Below, piece by piece: positions 1 through 7,513 of a stretch of DNA of 64,000 nucleotides. Below the pieces are notes generated by a model. That model saw nothing but the letters and a program-made list of their open reading frames with translations, was not told where the DNA came from and searched no databases. The stretch spans positions 128,001 to 192,000 of the forward strand of contig CAWDRG010000011.1 of the NCBI GenBank assembly GCA_963804645.1. Reading direction: 5' to 3'. Position 1 is the stretch's first letter, and every line of letters begins with the position of its first letter. Source of the stretch: an uncultured Bacillota bacterium (GTDB taxonomy: Bacteria > Sysuimicrobiota > Sysuimicrobiia > Sysuimicrobiales > Segetimicrobiaceae). The position numbers and the translations under genes are program-made.

Positions 1-430
1 ACAGACCGCGGTCCGCCGGCCGCCAGTCCTCGACCAAGAGGTGCAGGACCTCATTCGCTCGCAGGCCGCTGTCGGCGAGCACGAGTAACAGGGTGCGGTT
101 GCGCGCACCCTCCAGCGTCTCCGGGCAAACGGCGAGCACGGTCCGCAGCTCGTCTTCGGTGGGAACGTCCGGCAGCGTCTTCGGGGTGCGCATCGTAAAC
201 CCACGCAGCGGTGTCTCAGCAAGGGCGCCCGTCTCGACACACCAGCGAAAGAACGTCTTGAGCGTGCGATACGCTTGGTGCTGGTGAGACGCGCTGCGCT
301 GCTGCAGGCCCACGAAGAACGTGCGCAACCCAAGCGGCGTCACCTCGGGGACCTCGGCCGTGAGGCGCCTAACCCACCATCCGTAAATCCGCATCGTCGC
401 GGCCGTGCAGCCAGCGACACGCTTGGTCAC
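1..430 (-). CDS. Tyrosine recombinase/integrase (XerC/D-like), 5' part; runs off the left window edge; start uncertain (first in-frame GTG at 430, frame open to ~570)
   Basis: Manual minus-strand translation (not in ORF track): ...LADAAEAFLVTKRVAGCTAATMRIY...YRTLKTFFRWCVETG...PKTLPDVPTEDEL...RNRTLLLVLADSGLRANEVLHL. This gives a SAM-like N-domain plus the box I GLRxxE catalytic Arg motif, positioned downstream of a tRNA 3' end. Confidence 0.85.
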   Translation of the reverse strand, partial: MTKRVAGCTAATMRIYGWWVRRLTAEVPEVTPLGLRTFFVGLQQRSASHQHQAYRTLKTFFRWCVETGALAETPLRGFTMRTPKTLPDVPTEDELRTVLAVCPETLEGARNRTLLLVLADSGLRANEVLHLLVEDWRPADRGL

Positions 431-541
431 TAGGAACGCCTCCGCAGCGTCCGCGAGCGGGTGAGCATTGGCTTTTCGGCGGGTTCCAACGAGGTCGAAG
501 CGTCGGAAACGCTTGCTACACGCCCCGTCCTCCAGCCTGAG

Positions 542-1352
542 GTCGGGTAGCAGGGTGGCGCGCCGGTCAGGTTACCGTTAAGGAGCCTGACCACGGTTCC
601 ACCCCGCCCCCTATCAACCGGATAGCGGGTTTTCCCCAATCCGGCTGGAAGAGCACGCGCTCAGTTGCAGCGTTCCCGATCCTTCCCAGCCTGTACCTGG
701 GGAGCGATTGGTTTGCTGCAGCCTACAGCGTCGGTCCGGATCTTGGCGGTAGCCCGAGCGCGTTATCAGCACCCGCACCCTCTCCTTCTCCAACGCTGGC
801 CTGCTCCCAGAGGCCCTTTGCTCCCGCTCCTTGTTATCGGAGCGATCATCGCTCCTACGGCCTCATGCGCCAGACTCTCCCCCACCAGTGAACTTCCCGA
901 GTGAAGTCGGTTATATCACTGGCCTCACGGGTGAGAGCCCTTCCCCGCTTTGACCATCCACCCTTTGGATGTTGCCGCCACCCCTACGCCGGAGGGCTGG
1001 TTGCGTGCACACGCCCAGCTTCTTCCGCAACCACACTGGCCTTCGTCCCCTATGTAGAAACTTGGCACCCTCATTCCCACTGTGGCGCTGAGCACTCCGT
1101 TACCGGAGCTCTGAGTGGGCCTGAATAACGACGCTGCAGTGTTCACTTCATGTTGCGGCCCCATCCATCGCTCGTCTCCTGGGCCACCGACCTCGGCCTT
1201 TATATCTCTGCCGGGCCGCCGAGACTTGTACGTCCGGGCTTCCGTCTCGCGAGTCACCTCCTTCGAGACGCCGGACAACACTACCGCGGCAAGTTGGGCG
1301 ACTCCGCGGGTCGGACTCTCACCGACTGAGTGTATGGCTTTACGGGCTGCAC
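542..1352 (-). ncRNA. Group II intron RNA without an intron-encoded protein (~811 nt; resembles bacterial class E/F introns)
   Basis: 5' end GTGCAGCCCG. Domain V at 646-616 (AGCCGGAT-TGGGGAAAACCCGCT-ATCCGGTT) with the AGC triad. Domain VI GCGGGGTGG/CCACCCTGC with a bulged A at 548, 7 nt from the 3' end ...TACCCGAC. Domain III-like GGCCGTAGGAGCGATGATCG...GCAAAGGGCC. EBS1 ACATAGG (1055-1049) pairs with the 5' exon end CCTATGT. Short domain IV with no RT ORF. Confidence 0.88.
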
Positions 1353-1416
1353 ACATAGGTAACAGGTTGTACCGGACACATGGGTAACACTTCCTCCCCT
1401 AAAGGGGGGGACGCGG

Positions 1417-2368
1417 ATGCCCTGGAGGGAGTGTTCGGTGATGGACGAACGAATGCAGTTTGTCGCGCGGCGACTCGCCGGTGAGTCGATGGCGGAACTG
1501 TGCCGAGAGTTTGGGATTTCCCGCAAGACCGGTTACAAGCTCTTCGATCGGTATCAGGAATGCGGCATCCACGGGCTCACGGACCGCAGCCGGCGTCCGT
1601 ATCGCTACGCCAACCAACTGCCCGTTCAAGTCGAGAACTACATCCTCACTGTGAAGCGCGAACACGCCAGCTGGGGGGCGCGGAAGATCCGCGAGCGCTT
1701 GACGCGCCGGTTCGCAGGGATTCCCATCCCCGCGAAGAGCACGATCCATGCGGTGCTGGATCGCCACGGCCTGGTGGAGCGTCGGCCTCCCGGCCAACAT
1801 CCGCAGCGACAACGGCGTCCCGTTCGCGTCCGCGCACGCCCTCTTCAACTTGAGCCGACTGGCGGTCTGGTGGGTACGCCTCGGCATTGGCATCGAACGC
1901 ATCCAGCCCGGCCATCCCCAGCAGAACGGCCGTCATGAACGGATGCACCTCACGTTGAAGAAAGAAGCCACCAAGCCCGCCGCGGCCAATCTCCTGCAGC
2001 AGCAGGCCCGGTTTGACAAATTTATCGACACCTTCAACAACGAACGCCCGCACGAAGCCCTGGACATGCAGTGTCCGGCGCAAGTCTACCGCCCTTCCCC
2101 ACGTCCCTACACGGGCTTGCCGGAGATCGATTATCCGCTCCACGACAAGACCGTCGTGGTCACGCAGTGCGGTCGCATCTGTCTAGGCAACCATAAGATC
2201 AACTTCAGCCAAGTCTTCGCGGGACAAGCCGTCGGCATCAAAGAAGTGTATGATGACATCTGGCTGGTCAGCTTTATGGATGATGACTTGGGGTACTTTG
2301 ATCTGGAGACACGAGTGCTCGAACCGCTCGAAAATCCGTTCGGCCCGAAAGTGTTACCCATGTCTTAG
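1417..2368 (+). pseudogene. IS481-family transposase, internally deleted and frameshifted near 1780
   Basis: The N-terminal HTH part (MPWRECSVMDERMQFVARR...FGISRKTGYK...WGARKI...RHGLVERR) joins out of frame to the C-terminal core (GLPANIRSDNG...PQQNGRHERMHLTLK...FNNERPHEAL). The segment that should carry the first catalytic Asp is missing. Confidence 0.88.
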
Positions 2369-2371
2369 GTA

Positions 2372-3863
2372 CAGCGCCACTAAGATAATTTGACATGGAC
2401 GTCGAATAGGCCCCTCGCACGGGTTCGATCGCAGCCATCGTCGCAGCAACAATCGCAGCAGCGAGGTGAGCTTCCATGGCCGCAGCGTCCGCCACGCCGC
2501 CCGCCGTGCCCTCGGTCAATCTGGCTCAAATCATCAAGCTCCTGCACACGCATCTCACGGCAGCCTTATGTAACACGGTGTTCCAGCGGGTCCGGAATCG
2601 GGAACGCCAACGCCGCTGGTCTTTGGCCGCCCTGGCTCAGTTTTGGCTCACCGTGCTCCTCACGGGCCCCCGTTCGCTGACCCAGGCGTTGCGAGAAACG
2701 GGCATCATGTTCCCCCACCTGGGGCCGGCGGCGCGCACCTCTCCGGAGGCCTTTTTCCAACGCGCCGAGCGGCTGCGGCCCGACTTCTTCCGCGTCCTTT
2801 ACGACGAGTATGTCGCGCACCTGGTGCCGGAGGCCCGCACGACCTACGCCGCCGCCGTGGCGGGGGTGCGCGAGCGCTTCTCCGAGGTCTGGATCCTGGA
2901 CGGCACGCGCCTGGATGCGGTGGCCCATCGGCTCAAGCTCACCTGGGATGTCCGCTCGCCGTTGTTGCCGGGGTGCCTGCTGGTGTGCTACGACCTGTTC
3001 CGCGGCTTCCCCCGGCGCCTCTCGTTCTGCGCCGATGCCGGCCGGAGCGAACTGCAACACGCGCTCGAGCAGCTCCCCACCATTCCCCAAGAGACGCTGC
3101 TCATTGCGGATCGACTGTTTGCCTCGGTCAAGCTGGTGGCGGCACTCACGCACGGGAAGGGATGGCTCCTCTGCCGCCGGAATCGTCGGCTCACCCTGCG
3201 CCATCAGCGCTGGCTGCGCCGCGGCCAGTTCAAGGGCGGCACGCTGATGGAGCGCCTCGTCCTCGTCGGGTCGGGGCAAGGCACCCCGCCCCAGCTGATG
3301 CGGCAGATCCGCTATACCCAACATCGACTGACCATTGATCTCTTGACGTCGGTGCTGGACCCTCGGCGCCTCCCCGCAAAAGACGCGCTGGCATGTTACC
3401 GATTGCGCTGGCAAGTGGAACGGCTGTTTTCGGATCTCAAGGGCGTGCTGGATCTCCATCACTTCTACCTCGCCAGCCCGCGCGGGGTGGCCCAACAAGT
3501 CTATGTCGCGGCCATGGTGTATGCCGCGATGCGCGTGGCGCAAGCCCGCATTGCCGGGGAGCATGACCTGACGCCGGAGGAGTTGTCGCCCACCAAGCTC
3601 TTCCCGCGCCTTGCCCGGGCCTCGCTCACCTTCGTGCTCGGGGACCTGCATTTTGAGGCGACGCAACAGGTGAATCCCCGCGTGCGTTTAATCAAGCCGG
3701 ATTGGTCGGAGCTCCCTCCCATGCAGGTCGCGCTGCCGGATCTCCTCGTCGAACCTCGTCGCGGCAAACGCCGCAAGCGTCGGTTCTGCGCGAGCCGGCA
3801 CCGGTGGAAATCGTTCGCGCATGTGCGCGGCGCACGTAAGTTCGAATTATGTTAGCGGCGATG
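2372..3863 (+). mobile_element. IS4-family insertion sequence, 1492 bp, apparently intact
   Basis: TIRs CAGCGCCACTAAGATAATTTGA (2372-2393) and reverse-complement CATCGCCGCTAACATAATTCGA (3863-3842), 18/22 match. Perfect 11-bp flanking direct repeat TGTCTTAGGTA at 2361-2371 and 3864-3874. Confidence 0.93.
2476..3855 (+). CDS. IS4-family DDE transposase
   Basis: WILDGT, LIADR and YRLRWQVERLFSDLK (Y-x2-R-x3-E-x6-K 'YREK' signature). The stop codon lies inside the right TIR. Confidence 0.92.
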   Translation: MAAASATPPAVPSVNLAQIIKLLHTHLTAALCNTVFQRVRNRERQRRWSLAALAQFWLTVLLTGPRSLTQALRETGIMFPHLGPAARTSPEAFFQRAERLRPDFFRVLYDEYVAHLVPEARTTYAAAVAGVRERFSEVWILDGTRLDAVAHRLKLTWDVRSPLLPGCLLVCYDLFRGFPRRLSFCADAGRSELQHALEQLPTIPQETLLIADRLFASVKLVAALTHGKGWLLCRRNRRLTLRHQRWLRRGQFKGGTLMERLVLVGSGQGTPPQLMRQIRYTQHRLTIDLLTSVLDPRRLPAKDALACYRLRWQVERLFSDLKGVLDLHHFYLASPRGVAQQVYVAAMVYAAMRVAQARIAGEHDLTPEELSPTKLFPRLARASLTFVLGDLHFEATQQVNPRVRLIKPDWSELPPMQVALPDLLVEPRRGKRRKRRFCASRHRWKSFAHVRGARKFELC

Positions 3864-3914
3864 TGTCTTAGGTACGAACTGTCACCTATGTCTCCGGGTT
3901 GGACCCGTAAGGAC

Positions 3915-3990
3915 TGGCGCGCCCGGAAGGATTTGAACCTCCGACCCGCTGCTTCGAAGGCAGCTGCTCTATCCCCTGAGCTACGGGCGC
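3915..3990 (-). tRNA. tRNA-Arg (anticodon TCG), CCA encoded
   Basis: GCGCCCGTAGCTCAGGGGATAGAGCAGCTGC-CTTCGAA-GCAGCGGGTCGGAGGTTCAAATCCTTCCGGGCGCGCCA: 76-nt cloverleaf with anticodon loop CT-TCG-AA and T loop GTTCAAATC. Confidence 0.96.
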
Positions 3991-4001
3991 CCGACGTCGA
4001 G

Positions 4002-4030
4002 AGCGTAACACGGGACCTTAATTGAAACAA
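4002..4030 (-). promoter_or_regulatory. Putative sigma70 promoter of tRNA-Arg
   Basis: Minus strand TTGTTT-17 bp-TACGCT with an extended -10 TGn, 11 bp upstream of the tRNA. Confidence 0.55.
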
Positions 4031-4299
4031 GGCCGAACGAAGCGCCCCGGCGGTGCGCCGCCAAGATCACCGTGTCACGGCGGATGAGCTACTCTCAGGG
4101 TTCACCGCTCCATGCCCGAATCTCGATCCAATGTCTGAGCGCTCACGGCACGCCGGACTCGGGCCGACGCACCCGCACCGGTCGCCGCCGCGCGTCGGGC
4201 ATGCGTCGTCCGGGATGGCGATCCGGAGGCGCATCGCAGGATTCTCAGTAACGTTGGTGTATGTTCCGCGGGGAAACTTGTCAGCGACGGGGTGAAACC

Positions 4300-5583
4300 A
4301 TGATGAGAACAGTGATGAAGTTCGGTGCCGCGGCGACGGCACTCGTGATGGCGCTCACCTGCGGCACGGGCGTGGCGCAAACGCTGGGATCAGACGTAAA
4401 CCTGACCGTCAAGTACGGCGTGCTCGTCTCCCTGACGGGCACGAGCGGGGCATCGGGGCAGCTCTGGAATCAGGCCACAATCGTGGGCGTCGCCTACATC
4501 AACAAGACCCTGGCGCAGATGGGGCTGGGAAGCCACATCAACGCCCAGTTGGTCGACTCCCAGGACAGCCAGAGCGACGCGGCCTCGGGCGTGGAAGCGG
4601 CTCGGAAGCTCGTGTCCATCGATAACGTCAACGTGGTCATGGGGGACATCCTGAGCTCCGTGACAGCCGCCGTGGCGACGTCGGTCACCATCCCCGACCA
4701 TGTCGTGGAGTTCACGGGGGGCACCGCGACCTCGCTGCCCCAGATTAACCCGAAGGGGATCCCTCCCCTGCTCTATCAGCCGCCGGCTTCCAACGCTTTA
4801 GAGGGCGCCGTCCTCTCGCAGATCATCGCCGCCGCGCTCGGTAGGAAAGCGGCCATCAACGTGGCCGCGGAAAACGACGCCTACGGCGCGGGGTTGGCCG
4901 CCGACTTCAAGACCGCGTGGACGGCGGGCGGCGGAACCATTCCCGAATACGTTCTGTACAACGAGAACCAGCCGACCCTGGATACCGCCGCGCAGCAACT
5001 GGTGCAGGGCTCCCCCACTGGGTGGCTGATCATTGACTTTTGTACCAACCTGCCCAAGCTGACCGATCCCCTGCAGCGGACCGGCCAGTGGAACCCGCAG
5101 AAGACGTTCGGTGGTGACACCCTGTCCGACTGCAAATCGCAGGGCCAACGGGCGATCCCGGGCATGCGCGTGGCGAAGCCGTACGTCGGCGGCGGCAGCA
5201 CCCTGCCTCAATACCAGGCGTACTACCAGCAGACAGCCAAGGGCGGCGGCACATTCCAAGGGTGGACCGCGGAGGCGTTCGACAGCGTGATCGTGTCGTT
5301 TCTTGCCGCGCTCGAGGCGAGGTCCTCGGACCCCGCCAAGTTCGCACAGTACATTGTCCCGCTGACCAATGCCCCCGGCACCAAGTACACGTTCGTCCAG
5401 CTCGATAAGGCAATCACGGCGATTTTGAAGGGCGAGAAAGTACAGTACGAAGGGGTGTCGGGCCCGCTGAACTTCCTCAGCAACGGGGCCACGGGCGCGC
5501 CCGCATTTCAGATTTTCGAGATTCAGCCTGACGGCACCAGCCGCGTCGTCAAGGAGATGATCGTCAAGGCCCCGGCACCCTAG
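4300..5583 (+). CDS. Branched-chain amino acid-type (LivJ/K-like) ABC substrate-binding protein
   Basis: Signal peptide; KYGVLVSLTG, DSQSD...GVEAARKLV, ENDAYG and YEGVSGPLNF motifs. Confidence 0.85.
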   Translation: MMRTVMKFGAAATALVMALTCGTGVAQTLGSDVNLTVKYGVLVSLTGTSGASGQLWNQATIVGVAYINKTLAQMGLGSHINAQLVDSQDSQSDAASGVEAARKLVSIDNVNVVMGDILSSVTAAVATSVTIPDHVVEFTGGTATSLPQINPKGIPPLLYQPPASNALEGAVLSQIIAAALGRKAAINVAAENDAYGAGLAADFKTAWTAGGGTIPEYVLYNENQPTLDTAAQQLVQGSPTGWLIIDFCTNLPKLTDPLQRTGQWNPQKTFGGDTLSDCKSQGQRAIPGMRVAKPYVGGGSTLPQYQAYYQQTAKGGGTFQGWTAEAFDSVIVSFLAALEARSSDPAKFAQYIVPLTNAPGTKYTFVQLDKAITAILKGEKVQYEGVSGPLNFLSNGATGAPAFQIFEIQPDGTSRVVKEMIVKAPAP

Positions 5584-5602
5584 GTTCCGAGGCCGAGCCA
5601 CT

Positions 5603-7498
5603 ATGCAGCCGGGGCCAGTCGACAATACACACAGCCGGTTTGCGACGCTCACGACCCTACCGTTCGGCTCGGCGGTCCTGACCGACGGCGTGCTGTCCCG
5701 CCGGCAGGAGGTGAGCCGTGAGCGGTCGCTGTGGCATGGCCTGCGCATGCTCCACGCGGCCGGCAACTTTGAGAACCTCCGATACGCGGCCGCCGGCGGC
5801 GGCACCTACCGCGGCCCGTATTTCATGGACTCGGACGTGTACAAGTGGCTGGAAGCCGTCGGCTGGGAGCTCGGCCGGCGCCCCAACCCTGATCTGGAGC
5901 GCGAGGCGGAGCACGCGATTACGATCGTGGCGGCGGCCCAGCAGCCTGACGGATATCTCGACTCCTACTATCAGGTCGCGGAACCGGGTCGGCGCTGGAC
6001 GGACCTGACCCAGGGCCACGAACTCTACTGCCTCGGACACATGGCGCAGGCCGCGGTCGCGCTCTCCCGGGCGTGCGGTAACAACCGGCTGCTCGAGGTG
6101 ACCGAGCGGGCCTTCGCCCACGTCGACGCCGTCTTCGGCGAGGACAAGCGCATCGGTCTCGACGGCCATGCGGAGGTCGAGACGGCGCTCGTCGAGCTGT
6201 ACCGCCACACACGCAAGCCGGAATACCTGCGGCTCGCCGCGTTCTTCCTGAACCATCGTGGAGAGGGACTGCTCGGCGGCGGACGGCTGAGAGATCCCGG
6301 CTACTATCAGGACCGGGTCCCGATTCGGGAGGCCGAGATCATCGAGGGGCACGCCGTGCGCGGCACGTACCTGCTGTCGGGCATCGTCGACGCGTACCTG
6401 GAAACGGGGGATCCAGCGCTGCTCGCGTCGTCGCGCCGCCAGTGGCACGACATGGTGGAGCACAAGCAGTATCTGACCGGCGGCATCGGCTCGCGGCGCT
6501 ACAGCGAGGGATTCGGCAAGGCCTACGAACTGCCGGCGGACGCGGGGTACGCCGAGACCTGCGCCGGCATTGGCTCCTTCTTCTGGAACTGGCGGATGCT
6601 GCTCGCGACCGGGGACGGGAGCTACGCGGATCTCATGGAGCTGACGCTCTACAACGGGATCCTCTCCGGCATGGGGCTCGACGGCACCCACTACTTCTAC
6701 GAAAACCCGCTGTCGAGCGACGGCACGCACGTGCGCCAGGAATGGTACCGCGTCGCGTGCTGTCCGCCGAATCTCATGCGGCTGCTGGCGTCGATCGGCC
6801 ACTACCTGGCAACCGCCACCTCCCAGGGCATCCAGCTCCACCTCTACGACTCCTACCGGGTGGCCGCGCCAATCGCGGGCGGCCAGGTCGACCTGGAAGT
6901 TAGGTCGAACTATCCCTGGCAGGGCGAGGTCCTCGTTCGCGTCGCCGGCACGCCGGATCGGCCCTGGGAACTCGCCCTCCGTCTGCCGCAGTGGTGTCGA
7001 ACGCCGAGCCTCCGCATGAACGGGCGGGAGTTGCCGCACACCGTGCGCGACGGCTATGCGACCGTCTCGCGGACGTGGAAGCCCGACGACGTCGTCGCGC
7101 TCGACCTGCCTATGACGCCCACCCTCGTCGCAGCCCATCCGTACGTCGAGTCGGCGCGCCACGCGGCGGCGATCACGCGCGGGCCGCTCGTCTACTGCGT
7201 CGAGCGGTGCGATCAAGACGCCGGCGTCGATCCCAAGGCGGTCGCGATCGACGTGACCGGCGCGCTTCGAAGCGAGTGGGACCCCGCGCTCTTGGGCGGC
7301 GTGGTGACGATTACGGCGCCGGGCTCGGCGTCGGACGTCACCGGCTGGACTCAGCTGTACCGCCGGTTGGACGACGTGCCGGCGACTCCGCGGCCGGCGC
7401 AGCTGACGGCCGTCCCGTACTGCCTCTGGGGGAACCGAGACCCCGGAGGCATGTCCGTGTGGTTACCCGTCCAGCAGGGGCCGGGCCGCGGACGATAG
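5603..7498 (+). CDS. GH127 beta-L-arabinofuranosidase (HypBA1-like)
   Basis: FMDSDVYKWLEA, HELYCLGH, EGHAVR, YLTGGIGS...EGFG, YAETCA, FYENPL and ACCPPN. The Zn/Cys catalytic set is present. No signal peptide. Confidence 0.92.
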   Translation: MQPGPVDNTHSRFATLTTLPFGSAVLTDGVLSRRQEVSRERSLWHGLRMLHAAGNFENLRYAAAGGGTYRGPYFMDSDVYKWLEAVGWELGRRPNPDLEREAEHAITIVAAAQQPDGYLDSYYQVAEPGRRWTDLTQGHELYCLGHMAQAAVALSRACGNNRLLEVTERAFAHVDAVFGEDKRIGLDGHAEVETALVELYRHTRKPEYLRLAAFFLNHRGEGLLGGGRLRDPGYYQDRVPIREAEIIEGHAVRGTYLLSGIVDAYLETGDPALLASSRRQWHDMVEHKQYLTGGIGSRRYSEGFGKAYELPADAGYAETCAGIGSFFWNWRMLLATGDGSYADLMELTLYNGILSGMGLDGTHYFYENPLSSDGTHVRQEWYRVACCPPNLMRLLASIGHYLATATSQGIQLHLYDSYRVAAPIAGGQVDLEVRSNYPWQGEVLVRVAGTPDRPWELALRLPQWCRTPSLRMNGRELPHTVRDGYATVSRTWKPDDVVALDLPMTPTLVAAHPYVESARHAAAITRGPLVYCVERCDQDAGVDPKAVAIDVTGALRSEWDPALLGGVVTITAPGSASDVTGWTQLYRRLDDVPATPRPAQLTAVPYCLWGNRDPGGMSVWLPVQQGPGRGR

Positions 7499-7513
7499 TC
7501 CGCGCGCATCCCC

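Larger units (their letters stand above)
529..3903 (+). mobile_element. IS481-family element (defective), with a group II intron in its left end and an IS4 element in its right end; exact termini uncertain by a few bp
   Basis: After removing both insertions the left end reads tccagcctgagacataggtaacaggttgtaccggacacatgggtaacact and the reverse complement of the right end reads tccaacccggagacataggtgacagttcgtacctaagacatgggtaacact. This is a ~50-bp imperfect inverted repeat with two ACAT(A/G)GGT(A/G)ACA motifs per end. Confidence 0.8.

Noticed and set aside
665..1387. Short ORFs 665-904, 901-1128, 925-1356, 1115-1387
   Set aside because: No recognisable motifs (no RT/YADD); they overlap the group II intron RNA.
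1417..2368. Programmed frameshift between two transposase ORFs (IS3-like)
   Set aside because: No slippery A-run at the junction, and catalytic-core sequence is missing, so a deletion fits better.
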